A DNA stretch of 64,000 nucleotides. Source: Eledone cirrhosa. Lineage: Eukaryota. The stretch spans positions 50,840,001 through 50,904,000 of the forward strand of contig OZ024744.1 of NCBI GenBank assembly GCA_964016885.1, in the 5' to 3' direction. The position numbers and the translations under genes were made by a program. Below the pieces are notes generated by a model. It was not told the origin of the DNA. It made no database searches and saw only the letters and a list, made by a program, of their open reading frames with translations. This document shows, one piece after another, positions 12,943 through 26,349 of the stretch; the first letter of the stretch is position 1; each line of letters opens with the position of its first letter.

Positions 12943-13358
12943 GTAATTATTTTTTAATGATTTTACTAAATTACCCAACCATCACAATGTTTTTTTGTTT
13001 TTTTTTTATAAATCTTTTTTATAGTAATTATTTTGTAGATACATTTACAGCCTCTAATGCACTCCAGTATTGACCAACACCTCTAATATTTAAGTTATGT
13101 CAGTTAAATAATCATCATCATCGTTTAATGTCTATCTTCCATGCTAGCATGGGTTAGACGGGTTTGTCCCATTTGAGTTGAATTTTTAATCATTATAGGG
13201 GTGGGAATGACAAGATCCAACAACATAAGACAATCTTTCATTTGGCTTCCTAAATCCATTGTTTTTAGATTTTGGCTGACAGCTAGTAAATTTAGGTTAG
13301 TCTCTATAGTAATTTTTAAGTGAAAGGATTAAAAGGTTTGTATTATACGTCTCCTTAA

Positions 13359-13562
13359 CCCTTTAGCCTTTACATTACTCTATATTTACTATTGTGTTTT
13401 CATGGGAAGCACTTTATCTCACATAATATTGAATCTACAAAATGTTGATATTATTTTGAGAACAATACCTTAACATAAGTATGAGCAGCCAATTATGGCT
13501 GGTTTGATCAGAAAGAGGTGAGAGAATTCTGGCTGGATACAGCCAGTTTAAACGCTAAAGGG
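13359..13562. mobile_element. piggyBac-like MITE
   Basis: TTAA|CCCTTTAGC...GCTAAAGGG|TTAA. An opposite-orientation copy lies at 35597-35814. Confidence 0.75.
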
Positions 13563-13837
13563 TTAATCTATCTTGTGTGTGCCTGTTGGAATTGCAGTAA
13601 TACACACATACACATGCAAGCGCGCACACACATATATATATATAAATCATATCGATATTGATAAATCATATTTATCAATACTCTTGAACAAATTGAAATT
13701 TGAAATATGTGAGTCCAAACACAGAAAATAACTGCGAGCCACTTTTTTCTGCCCCTAGGGATATTTTACCTGATTTTCTTAAGTTAATATTATGTTGTTA
13801 TAGTTATTTTCTGCATTCCCAGATTTGATATATATAT

Positions 13838-14217
13838 ATCATCATCATCATTTTACGTCCGCTTTTCCCTGCTTGCAAGGGTGGGACGGGAACTGATTCT
13901 GGCTTGATTTCTACAGCTGGATGCCCTTCCTAACACCAACCTCATTTACAGTGAGTGCTGTGTGCTTCTTTTTCCATGGCGCCTACATGTCCTCTTTACA
14001 GTGTGGGCTGGGTGCTTTTTTGCCGTGGCACCTCCACGTCCATTTTGCAGTGGAATGACCCCAGTCCCTATCATCTCATTTCTACAGCTGAGTAAACTGG
14101 AGCAATGTGAAATAAAGTGTCTTGCTCAAGGAAACAACACATCACCCAGTCTAAGAATTGAACTCACAACCTTTTGATTGCAAGCCCAATGCTCTAACCA
14201 CTAAGCCATGTGCCTCC
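13838..14217 (-). mobile_element. tRNA-derived SINE with RTE-type tail
   Basis: Reverse complement of 31966-32298; A/B-box head and (ATG)n tail. Confidence 0.85.
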
Positions 14218-14425
14218 ATATATATATATATATTTCAAATGTGGGACTCAAAATGCAGAAAATAACTATAATAACAAAAATAATAATAGCTTTAGGAAAT
14301 TGATATATATATATAAATAAATTGATTGAAAGAAGAACAGTTAGCTCATTTGTTTGCACCATTGTCATATATGTTTCTATGACTCAGTGTTTCTGTTTCT
14401 TAAACGTTTTCCTTATTTTTTTCAG

Positions 14426-14593
14426 CAAGAATAGTTCAAGTCATATATGGGCACTTTGACATAGTTACTTGCATCACTAAGTCAGAGAATAATACTAACT
14501 ATGACTGTTACATTGTTACCGGTTCCAAAGACTGCACTGTGATGGTCTGGCAATTCAATGCACGTAACCAAGCAATAATTGGAGATATTGGAA
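14426..14593 (+). CDS. NBEA: Neurobeachin/LRBA-like coding exon (WD40)
   Basis: tttcag|CA...GGAA|gtaagt, 168 nt, phase 1-1. ARIVQVIYGHFDIVTCITKSENNTNYDCYIVTGSKDCTVMVWQFNARNQAIIGDIG is a GH...W WD40 blade. Not in the supplied ORF track. Confidence 0.95.
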
Positions 14594-16204
14594 GTAAGTA
14601 CCTATATTTTTAACGATATTTCTAGGTCTAGAAACCATGCGAAAAAAGGTTGAAAGGACTCTTCAGTTGTTTCAAGACTACAAAAATCTTCCTATTGCTG
14701 GTGTCATGTTAAATACACATAGTACACTCTGTAAAGTGGTATATGATAGGAAGGGCACTTATCTGAAGAAAACTTGCCAAAGAGTAGAGGAGACTCTTTA
14801 GCTGTGCCAAAGACGTGACAATGTCTCTGGTGTTGGTGTTATTATAAAATGTGCCTGGTTCACTTTGTAGAGATCAAGATCAATGGCTCTGATTAAGTGA
14901 CTGACTTGGTCTGTGACAATGTGTCCAAACCTTGCTAGCAGAGGAAATGGATGTTAAATGATAATGGTGATCATGTTAATATTAAAATGTTATATAGCTG
15001 AAGCTTTGAAAAAAAAAAAATTTAAATCACACAAATTCTGTTCTTTGTAGTGTTTCTCTGAAGCCATTGTTTTTGGGGGGAGTGAGGGTGATCATTGGTT
15101 CAATATACAGGACGGGTAACATTTTATTTCATATTGCTCTTGTCCTTTCAGTTGAATGTGTGTACCAGCAGTAGTTGAATATTGTGAGGGACTAGCATCA
15201 TCACATCCTAGAAGGGCGTGTTGTTCTCTGCTTTTTAATGACATATAATATTGGAAAAAGATCAGTCTGGGGCACTTTTGTGCTCAAAACAGACTTTATT
15301 TTTGTTTGTTTTTTTTGTTGTTTTTTTTTAAATTCTAGGCTGTAATCTTTGTAAATTTCTTTCTCCTCCTCAAAAGATATCTGCTACAGCAACAACATGA
15401 TCTTTGACATTCTGCAACATGACCTTTGACACTCGTTTTATATCTATACCTACCTCCCTAACTGCTGCTGGTATACCGTTGCCTTTTATCCTCCTCAATA
15501 AAATAAGTATGAAATAACATTCAACAAAAATCACCTTGAAGATTATGATGCCCCAGCATGGCCATGGCTATTGTCTAATGTCTAAAAGCACCTAAAGAAT
15601 ATTTTACCAAGAGTTGTTTCCATCATTTTTATAATGCTGCTTTGCCCAGAAAGCCTGAGTCATTATGTAAATGAGATGTCTCTGGTACACAGCTGACCAA
15701 ACTAGAAGGGATCAGGTCAGAAACAAAGATATTAGATAAATGGTTGTGACCATACCTGTCATCTGGTTCAGAGTTTAACAATATGTAAAGTGGTTTGGTC
15801 AGATAACACATTAACTAACACCACCATTGGTAGATTGACATAGTCACAGACACACACCACATGACACACATGCACTCACCTATGGGACAGCTTTCACAGA
15901 CACACACCACATGCACAACATGACACTATATGAGGCTTTCCTCCTTGTTGCAGATCACCAACTTCATGTCATTGTACCTTCTAACTGGACAATTTAAAAA
16001 AATCCCAAATCTTTTATCAATGAAAATTGATTTCAATATATATTTATTATTTGGAAATATATATATATATTTCTTTTTAAATTAAATTAAATTAAATTAA
16101 ATTAAATTAAATTAAATTAAATTAATTTTTTTTTTTCATTTTTTAATGTATAAACTTTGTATTGAGACTGTATAATTGAATAACAGATGCTGTCTTTGTT
16201 TCAG

Positions 16205-16309
16205 CTGTTGAGAAGCCAACACCTAAAGCTACATTGACTGGTCACCAAACTGAGGTCATCTGTGTGGCTGTTCTTTCTGAGCTAGGATTGGTCATCAGTG
16301 GGTCCAGAA
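16205..16309 (+). CDS. NBEA: Neurobeachin/LRBA-like coding exon (WD40)
   Basis: tttcag|CT...AGAA|gtaagt, 105 nt, phase 1-1. TVEKPTPKATLTGHQTEVICVAVLSELGLVISGSR (family motif LTGH..EV.CV...AELGLVISG). Confidence 0.95.
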
Positions 16310-16349
16310 GTAAGTACCTTTCCACCTGGAAGAAAATATTTTTTAATAA

Positions 16350-16528
16350 TTGTTTCTACTTTTGGCACAAGGCCAGCAATTACCCATACATTACTGGTTC
16401 TTTATTTTATTGACCCCGTAAGGATGAAAGGCAAAGTTAACCTCGGCAGGATTTGAACTCAATCCGTAAAGGGACGTAACTGTGCTGCAAAGCATCGCGT
16501 CCGACCCTCTACCAATACTGACAATCAA
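16350..16528 (-). mobile_element. tRNA-derived SINE (Meta-domain-like family)
   Basis: Reverse complement of the family at 58087-58261; starts ~40 nt after the exon ending at 16309. Confidence 0.8.
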
Positions 16529-19224
16529 GACCTAAAATACTAAATTTAGAAAATCTACAATTCCTGTAAACGTTTTTTATCATCCAATTATAATTTTTTA
16601 ATTAAGGTCAGTAACTAGAAGTTTGAATGGTGGGTTGAAGATGTTAGATATAGAAGTGGATTTCCTGACTCTACTCATACCTTGTTTTCTTGGTAGAGCA
16701 AAAAATCATACAAAAGGTTCTGGATATACTTACGGCTGCAGGAGACAGCTTGATATCTAGCAAACCAAATGTTAGGAGAGGAACAACAAAATGGAATAAG
16801 AAATAATATTGATGGTAATAACTGTTAGATCAGTTGCTGAACAGAAGACTGAAGGTGACATCTAGTAGTTATCATTAGGTCAAGGGTTCAAATCCATCTC
16901 ATGAGGGATATAGGTTATTTTTAAGGGTGGTGGATTGACAGAAACATTAGATTGTTAGAAATAATGTCTTGTGGTATTTCTTCCAGAGCTCTGAGTTCTG
17001 AGTTCAAATCCACTTGATGTCAGCTTTACATTTCATTTGTCAAAGGTCGATAAAATAAAGTACCAGTCATACAATCTACTAACCCTTTCCCACAAATATC
17101 TGATCTTATACCTATGTTAGAAACTGTTGTTGTTGTTGTTATTCACCACTGCCTCTTTTACTTAGTGTAAATATTCCACAAGGTCTCATATTTGTTATTT
17201 TCTTATGTGTTTGACTATTGTACTGTAGGACCCTTATGACCAATAAAGGAAGTGGAATGGCAGTATCAGAAGAGTGTCAGACAACATGCTCTGTGGCACA
17301 TAGTTAGGACCCTTTACATTCTGAATTCAAATTCTGCCGAGGATAGCTTTGTCTTTCAACCTTACAGAGTCGATAAAATAAAGTACCAGTAATGTACTGG
17401 AATCGATTTAATCACTTTTTCCCTTCCCCTCGAAAATTGCTGGCCTTGTGCCTAAATCAGAAGCCATTATTATTATTTAAAATTTCTAATCAAACTCTTA
17501 AAATATTTTAATTTAGTCAAAATCTTTTTGGACCCATGAAAGCTGAATGACCAACTTGAAAGTTCTATAAATTGTGTAATTAATTGTTTCTATTCCAGAT
17601 CTTAATTACTTTCCTTTGTTACAAAAACCAAAATTATGCACTTGAAAGCCATTAATCTACTTTTAATAACTGTCATATTTCATTTTAACACAGATCTTAA
17701 TTATTGAATTACAAAGCCAAGTTATTTACCAGTTGTTATTGGTGTTGTTGTTATGACCAAATGGTTAAGAAGTTCACTTCACAATCATTAGGTCTTGGGT
17801 TCGATCTCACTGGATGGCATCTTGGACAAGTGTCATTCACCACAGACTCAGGTCAACCCATGTCTTGTGAGTGAAATTGGGTAGATGGAAACTGTTTGGT
17901 TGCCTGTCAGATGGACTGTACCTAAATTATAATTCAAAGGCTACAGAGCCTTGTCACATACATACTGTTATGCTGAATCTCCCTGAGAATTACATAAAAG
18001 GCACATGTGTTCATGGAATACTCAGCCACTTACTAATACAAGATAGATTGTATATATAATTTAAAGGTCACAACTTCGTCACATCATATCACATTGAATC
18101 TCCCTTAGAATTACATAAAGGGTATTTGTGTCTGTGAAATATTCAGTCACACATTATTTCATAAGTAGGCTGTTCCTTTGACTAACCAGCTGGAACTGAC
18201 AGGTCTCAACTCTGGACTAAGTATCATGTTATGTTGTGTCCTTGTGCTTGACACTTCATTTCACGTTGCTTTACCTGATAGGACTGGAACTCCTGTCAAA
18301 GAAGAAACGTTCCATTAGATATAGACATTTAGAAGGCCAGAAAAACCTACATAGCTGGGAACTGTAACTACAACATGATAAGACTGAGGTGTGGGTGGCT
18401 ATCATTAAAGTACCCAAGAAACCTCCTGTGAGACACAGCTTTGTAGGGGGCAGTCTTCCTTTCTGTCTGGTATCTATGGTAATGGAAGTTGTATTTTTGT
18501 CACAGATGAAGTCAGAGTTTTTTCTCTCAGGTCAAACTCTTATCAACCAGTAAAAATATTATGATGGATGAGATGTAGTGGGTTAGTCTTAACTATGTTG
18601 CTGTAGGTTTGCAGCAAAACCTGGGAGAAGATGTCAGTGCTGTGTTTTTGGTAATCTCTGTTTCATTGCTCTCATTGGCACACAACACAAAACTAATCTT
18701 GGAGACTATTTCAACTAAATACTAAGAAACTCCTGCCTTACAAAATATGATCAACACGCAACGATAAAAGTATTTAATACATTTACTTCTTTCTTTCTCT
18801 CTCTCACACTTGCACTCTCTTATACACACACACTCTCTCTCTCGCATTCTCTGCCCCTCTCTTTCTTTTTCTTTAATCAAACTGTTAACATAAATATTCT
18901 CAACCTCCACATTATATACTGATTGCTGTTATTTTATTTGCACCCATACCTGTATATATAAATTTATATATATATACATTTTTTTTTTGTAATATAAAGA
19001 ATGGTGTGCTCATATGTGCAGGGATGCTATAAAATAGCTTATAAAACAGGGTGAAGTGTCTTAAAAGATGGAAAAAGAAGTTGTCATTGACTATTTTATG
19101 GCATCTCTATGCATATGAGCATCTCATTCTTTGTATTAACTTTATCCCCTCAGCATTTCATAAAAGAGAGATCGGCTTCGTAAACATGATGTTTGTTGAC
19201 ACTTTTTTTTATTTTTTATTACAG

Positions 19225-19421
19225 ATGGTCCTTGCCTTGTTCACACCCTGACAGGAGATTTGCTCCAATCTTTAGATCCTCCCAAGAATTGTTCCTCCCC
19301 AGAATTGATTACAATGTCAAGAGAAGCATTTGTTCTGGTGAAATTTGACTCAGGAAATATCTGCAGCTTCACAGTAAATGGCAGACTTCTACAGCATGTC
19401 AAACACAAAGACAATATTTTG
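19225..19421 (+). CDS. NBEA: Neurobeachin/LRBA-like coding exon (WD40)
   Basis: ttacag|AT...TTG|gtaaat, 197 nt, phase 1-0. NGPCLVHTLTGDLLQSLDPPKNCSSPELITMSREAFVLVKFDSGNICSFTVNGRLLQHVKHKDNIL. Confidence 0.95.
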
Positions 19422-19929
19422 GTAAATAACACACTTGGTTCTACAATTTTAACTTTTCTGTGGCAATAGTTTTAATGATATACACTCTACTTGTGTTCAT
19501 TACTGAAGAAGTTTTAGGCATTTACTAACATTATTAATTGTCTTTTAACTATAGTTCTTATATAAAATTATGATGCAAGATTTTAAATAAGAACCCTTTA
19601 TTTCAATTAATTATTGAATAATTTGAGGGTTGTACTCAAATTACTGATTATTTCATTTCTAAGATAGTTATTTAACATATGGTTCTTATATAAAAAAAAA
19701 TGTTTGACTAAGTTGGTATCGGAAGAGTTAGTGTTTATATTTATCTATAAACTTTCCCTCATAATTTTATGTTCAAAACACCAGCTTAATAATGAGAGAG
19801 TTATATTACTAAATTCTTCAGATACTTGATTATTTTCAAAATTAATTGAAAGCCATAGGCAGTGGCTTTCATTAGAAATATGGTAATAAGCATAAAAGAT
19901 GTAGTGGGATCACAGGTAAGTTAACTAAG

Positions 19930-20987
19930 AATATAGATTTTATATGTGGCCGCTGCTCTGGTGCAATAAGTAGCAGCAAGTGGCCACAGAATACTAGCTC
20001 ATTGCACAGATGGTTCTATAGAAATAGTGGACACCTTCCGTTACCTGGGTGACAAAATCAGCAGTGGGGGAGGGTGCTCTGAAAGTACTGAGCTAGAGTC
20101 AGAACGAGATGGAAAAAGTTCAGAGAGCTTATACCACTATTGGCCACTAAAGGGTTCTCTCTACAAATGAAAGGCAGGCTGTATGATGCCTGCATACGAA
20201 CAGCAATGTTACATGGCAGTGAGACCTGGGCATTGTGTGCAGAGGATATTCGCAGACTGGAGAGAAACGAAGCTTGCATGCTCCGCTGGATGTGTAATAG
20301 TAATATACGTGAACGGCAAAGCATAAACGAACTAAGGGAGAAATTAGGAATAAGAGGGATCAGATGTTGTTTACTCGAGAGAAGACTACATTGGTACGGT
20401 CATGTGATGTGCATGAAAGACAACAGCTGTATAAAAAAGTGCAGGGCGATAAAAATAGATGGTAGCCACGGAGTAGGCAGACCCAGAAAAACCTGGGACG
20501 ACTTGATAAATTCCGACCTCACACACTTACACCTCTCCAAGACAATGTCACTGGACCGAGATCTTTGGCGCTACACAGTAATACAGAAGACCCGCCTTAC
20601 CTAAGTACAAAGCGAAACCTACAGTCAGTAGGCACCTCTAACAAAAATACACCCCGTCCCACTACCCCCACCCCATCCACACCACCCCCTTAAATGTGAA
20701 GTTATGTTGCTACCACAACATCCAGTCCGAAACAAATGAGGCCGTGTAGGTGTCACGACAAAAAAACACACAGTCCACGCTGTAATGTGGCCGTGTAGGT
20801 AACACGGTAAAAACCTCCCAGTCCACACTGTAAATGTGGTTGGTGTTAGGAAGGGCATCCAGCCGTAGAAAACCCGCCAGACAGTCCTATACGAGCAGGA
20901 CAACCAATCTTGCCTCAAGAGGGAAAACTCCCGTCCAAACCCATGCAAGCGTGGAAGATGGACGTTAAACGATGATGATGATGATGA
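19930..20987 (+). mobile_element. 5'-truncated RTE LINE
   Basis: FRYLG, KGRLYDACIRTAMLHGSETW, RRLHWYGHV and GRPRKTW motifs. The 3' UTR ends GGACGTTAAAC(GAT)n. Confidence 0.9.
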
Positions 20988-21399
20988 AAAGAGTTATAGC
21001 ATTGATATTTCTTAAACCATTCCTTTCCAAACTTTCCAAACTTATCACACTCAGAACACATCATTATAATCCTCATCATTTTACGTCCTCTTGTCAACAT
21101 GGGTTGTTACAAAACAAAGGAAGGCGAGGAGTTGATTCTCAGATCAGACCAAGAAAACAATGTTTCTATTGGTCTTCCAATTACTGATACTATCTGTCTG
21201 TCACAACTCCTTGTAGAAGAATGGAGCTGATTCTCAGATCAGACCAAGAAAACAATAATATTTCTATTGGTCTTTCAATGGTAGAAGAAAGGAGTTGATC
21301 ATCAGATCAGACCATGGAAACAATGTTTCTATTGGTCTTTCCATCTGCCAATCATAATGATAAACATAACATGCTGCTCATCCAAAGAATTCAACCCAC

Positions 21400-21985
21400 G
21401 GTCTTATTGTCGGGAGTACCATGGAGGTTAGCTTTGCCTTTCGTCCTTACTGGGTCAATAAAATAAAGTACCAGTTACGCACTGGGGTAGATTTAATCGA
21501 CTTTCCCCTCTTCCAAAATTGTTAGCCTTGTGCCAAAATCAGAAGTCATTATTATTATCATTATAGGGGCGGTGGATTGGCAGTATCGGTAGAGGGTCGG
21601 ACACCATGCTTTGCAGCATATAGTTACGTCCCTTTATGGTCTGAGTTCAAATCCCGCCAAGGTTAATTTTGCCTTTCATCCTTTTAGGGTCTATAAAATA
21701 AAGTACCGGTAATGAACTGGGGTAATTATTGGCCTTGTGTCAAAAATAGAATCAATTATGATTATTATTATTTTGATGGATTGCTAGTATCGGTAGATCA
21801 TCAAACAATGTTTTGTGGCATCTCTTTACGTTCTGAGTTCAAATCCCACCAAGGTTAGCTTTGCCTTTTATCCTTATGGGGTTGACAAAATAAAGTACCA
21901 GTAATACACTGGGGTTGATTTTTTTGACTTTCCTCTCCCTTTGAATTACTGGCCTTGTGCCTCCTAAATCAGAAACCATTCTATA
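21400..21985 (+). mobile_element. Cluster of three Meta-domain-like SINE copies
   Basis: Repeated core (CTGAGTTCAAATCC..)TTTGCCTTTCATCC..AAAATAAAGTACCAGT..GGCCTTGTGCC. Confidence 0.8.
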
Positions 21986-22033
21986 CATTTGTATAATCTG
22001 CTTTAATAATACCTTACTTACCTGTTGTTGTAG

Positions 22034-22185
22034 ACTATGATACTGAGTCGTGGTGGTGAATACCTGATCACAGGTGGAGAGTCTGGAGTCGCTGATGTCT
22101 GGAGAACCCATGATCTCACCTTATTGTATTCCTATCCAAAATGTGATGGAAGCATTCATTCACTCTCACTTTCTCACGATGAAAG
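22034..22185 (+). CDS. NBEA: Neurobeachin/LRBA-like coding exon (WD40)
   Basis: ttgtag|ACT...GAAAG|gtaaa, 152 nt, phase 0-2. TMILSRGGEYLITGGESGVADVWRTHDLTLLYSYPKCDGSIHSLSLSHDE. Confidence 0.95.
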
Positions 22186-22769
22186 GTAAACTATTTACTT
22201 ACTTTTATTTACATAATCTGTTGTTGTTGGTGGTGTTGGCAGTGTTCTTGATGTTATTGTTGGGGTGTTGTTGTTGTTGTGGTGGTGTTGGTGGTGGTAG
22301 TGATGTCGGCGGCAGCGACAGTATTGTTGTTGGGGGTGTGTGGTGGGGTGATGTTCTTGTTGTCGCTATCGTTGTTGTTGTTTTTAGTGGTGGTGTTTTA
22401 TTGATTAGTCAGAAACAATATAAAAAATGATAGGAGGTCTGTAGCTGTTATGTATCCAGTTTAGGGTACAACATATACCTGTGTGTCGTAAGTGGTTACT
22501 AAAAGTATTGATGTCAGGAAGAACATACAACTATAAAGCATTGTATCAAAAAACACCTTGTGGTGAGTATAAAGCCTGTTATGGAGACTGCAGTGGTAAC
22601 CTCTGCTTTAAATGGCCTCAAAATGTTTGTTGCTATTGCTCTTCTTGTCAAAGGAATGAATGATCAATAAAAAAAATGTTAAAAAGCAGTGGGTATCTGG
22701 GTATCCAGTTAAGAATGAGTGCACCATATCCTTCTATTTATCCTGCTTAGAGTAAATACTCTCTATTCC

Positions 22770-23045
22770 AGTGTGTATCAGGTTTATAATAGATACACTG
22801 TATCCCTGTGTATATCTGGTTTACAATAGGTACACTATCCCTGTGTATATCTGGTTTACAATAGGTACACTGTATCCCTGTGTGTATCTGGTTTACAACA
22901 GGTAGCACTGTATCCCTGTGTATCTAATTTACCATATGTACTCTGTATCCCTATATATATCTAGTTTACAATAGGTACACTGTATCCCTGTGTGTATCTG
23001 GTTTACCATAAGTACTCTGTATCCATGTGTGTATTTAGTTTAGAA
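22770..23045 (+). repeat. ~37-bp minisatellite (~7 copies)
   Basis: Unit TGTATCCCTGTGTGTATCTGGTTTACAATAGGTACAC. Confidence 0.85.
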
Positions 23046-23967
23046 TAGACTATATAAGAAATGACTAAAAGAGTTGGTGTCAAGATGAGCATCTGGCTGT
23101 AAAACATTGCCTCAAATTTAACCCTTTGACAAATAGGAAATCTATCATGGGGTCTACATGACAGATCCTTCTTTTAGCCTTAAAACTCATGTATGTTGTT
23201 TATTGAAGGAGAAAAGGGGCAGTAATCTTTCAGGGCCTCCAATCTTTGTAAGAAGAAAGGAAGATGTACTTACAATAGAGTGGAGTCCACTACAGACACC
23301 CAAGGTTCAGGTGGTGTAAAGGGTTAAGTCTACTTACCTATTGTCACTCATTCTCCTACACACAACACACTCTGTTATTTCACATCCTTTCTATTTCCAC
23401 ACTACCTTGTTTGGCTGACAGCAAACAAAAACAAATTATTGTTATTATTGTGTAAAGTCTTGGACAACATGCATTGCTGCATATAGTTATGGCCCTTTAC
23501 ATTCTCAGTTCAAATGCTGCCATGGTTAGCTTTGCCTTTCATCCTTACATGGTTAAAATAAAGCACCAGTAATGCACTGGGATCGATTTAATCGACTCCC
23601 CCTCCCTCAAAATTGCTGGCCTTGTGCCTAAAGTAGAAACAATTATTATTGTGTAGAGAGTTGAACTCCATGCTTTGCAGCATATAGTTATGTCCCTTTA
23701 CATTCTAAATCAGAAATCATTATTATTACGATAAAAAGTACCAGTAATGCACTGGGATAATTGTCGGCCTTGTGCCAAAAGTAGAAATAATTATTATTAC
23801 TAGCAGAAAAAGCAGTTTTCTGCAGGCATATGTAGTGTGCATATTGGTATTATACTCAAATATATATCCATATATGGAATAGAATGAAACAAATTTTCAT
23901 TTCTCACTCTTAATACGGCAGTTACATACATACATATATCCATATAGATATATGTAAATTGACAATA

Positions 23968-24630
23968 TCTTCTTCTTCACCCACTTATTTCTGAGAGGGT
24001 CATGGGGGCAGAGTCCTTCTCAAACACTCCTTCCAGTGAGTAGCAAACATTTCTAACTGATCCAGCTGGATCCCAAAGAGGGACAAGCCAAGCTCATGGA
24101 TGTTATCCAACTATCTTGCTCAGGGTCTACCTCTGGGTCTCTTGCCGGTTGGTTTTGCCTGTAAAATGTGTCCAGCGATTCTTTCCTGAGACATTCTAAC
24201 CACATCCTCATAATATCGGAGTAGTGATCTCACAATTCGGAGAAGTAGCGGCTCTACCAGGAGTGACTCTCTGGTCTCTGAGCTATGCACTTTATCGAGC
24301 AACGTTACTCCAAAGACCCTTCGGAAGAATCCCATTTCTGCCATTTTTATTTGCAATTGTATTCTTTTGGTCATTACTCAAGATTCATGATCCTCGGTAA
24401 GGGTTGGCAGGAATACCAGGAAGACAGCGAGTTTGGCTTTTACACTTCCCCCCTTATCTGATTGCTGATGCTGGCGCTTTACTGCATCAGCTTTTGCAAT
24501 TCTTACACTTAATTCAGCCTCCTGCATTCCATCACTCATGAACTCGGCTCCAAGATACTTGAACTTCTCTAACTGCTTCAGTAGAACTCCATGCACATGT
24601 ATATAAATTTGAGGGACTTCTCTCCACCCG
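23968..24630 (-). mobile_element. Decayed RTE LINE 3' fragment (second family)
   Basis: EKFKYLG, AEMGFFRRVFGVTLLDKV and GKRPRGRP motifs; short (GAA)n tail on the minus strand. Confidence 0.8.
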
Positions 24631-24799
24631 TCCATCACACAATGTGTATGTGTGTTTGTGTGAATGTATGTGTGTGTAAAAGGAAGGAAAGGGATACACA
24701 CTTTTATGTCTAACTTAAAAACAGTGACTCACACACACGTGTCTCTAATTTAAGAACACTGACAAACTCACGCGCGCACATACACGCAGTCCTATTACT

Positions 24800-25487
24800 A
24801 CTCAAGAACTTTGGTCCGGGCAAACATCCCCTCAATTTTGGAACCACCTGGGTTGTCCAGAATTGATGGGAAAAGACTTGACGGTCTTACTCTGTGCTCC
24901 TGGTCAAGAGGCAGGTGTCTTACCTGGAACGTCACAGTTAGTGACTCTTTTGCTTCTTCCCACATTCTGGATGCAGCGGTAAGGGCGAGAGCTACAGCAT
25001 CCGCAGCTGAACGGAACAAAATCCTAAAATACTGTGTTCTGTCAGCTAACTACATTATCCAGCCTGTGGCGTTCGAGACGTTTGGGGGAGTCAGGCAACT
25101 GACAGCGAGGTTCTTAACTTTACTGGAGTCTCGCCTAACCGAGTAACTGGTGATGCTTGTGAGGGCACTTGGTTGTTCCAGCACCTCAGCCTCACCATCA
25201 CCTCAGGTAAAGCTGTAAGCGTGCTGGCTTGCCTCAAAAATTATTAGAGAGGTATCCCAGTGCTCGCTATATAACTCTTTTGCTCTGGTAGCGTCTCGTT
25301 TTACCACTCTTTCGCCTGCATACTGTTCTGTGTGGTCTAAGATGTGTGTATTACCTGCTTGTGTATTATTTCTCTTTCTTTTTTTCCTTTCCCTTTCCTT
25401 TGTATATATTATATTTGTTAGTGTTTTCGTTCTGTAACCATTATATTAAGTGAGTTTTTTAAAAAAAGAGTTAATAAATAAATAAAA
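24800..25487 (+). mobile_element. CRE-clade non-LTR retrotransposon 3' fragment (restriction-like endonuclease)
   Basis: EPPGLSRIDGKRLDGLTLCSWSRGRCLTWNVTVSD...AAERNKILKY...PVAFETFGG, then a pyrimidine-rich 3' UTR and (AATA)n tail. Confidence 0.8.
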
Positions 25488-26349
25488 CATTATACTTGTT
25501 TTACTCTCTCATTTCTAATTCACCAAACGCTATCATGACTGTATGTTTGTGTGAATGTATGTATATTTGTGTGAATGTATGTATGTGTGAAAATATGTGT
25601 GAATTATGTCCGTCAGCGTCTATTTTTATGTTTGTGTTTGCGCGATTATAGTTATATACTCATACATATAGAAGTACGTATGTGCACACTCATACGCGTC
25701 AACGTGTAGAAAATCATAATCTCTCTATATCTCTCATCACACACTCTCTCTTTCTATATATATGATAGTTGAAGTGATGGTGGTGGCAACGATATACCGG
25801 AAGTGCAACTTTGAAAAGGAGTCAATTTTAAATTATTTATGTTTACAAAATTTAGTACCTAAATTATGTAATATTCATTCATTATTTATTCAAAGTAATC
25901 CAACTTATTTTACTAACTGGATTAACAGAAATAAACCGTACGCAGTCCTGCAGACCTTCCTTTATTATAGTTTAGATTAGGTGAATTGGTAGTATCGATA
26001 GAGGGTTTGACGCCATGCTTTTCAGCAAAGAATTACGGCCCTTTATGGTATGAGTTCAAATCCTGCCGAGGTTAACTTTACCTTTCATCCTTATGGGGTT
26101 GATAAAATAAAGCTCCAGTAATGCACTGGGATAATTGTTGGCCTTGTTCCAAAATTAGAAACATTTATTATGAACCCCTCATCAACTTCTTCAAGTTTCA
26201 CTAGACGAGGTGGGAGTAGTGAAGGAGGTGGTGATGTGACTGATGAGGTTGTATAGGTTGACTATGACAGCATTTCTAAGCAGTAGGAAGGAAACCAGGG
26301 TTTGTGTAGGATTTACCATGGAATTAATTTAAAGTGCTGTCCCATCACT

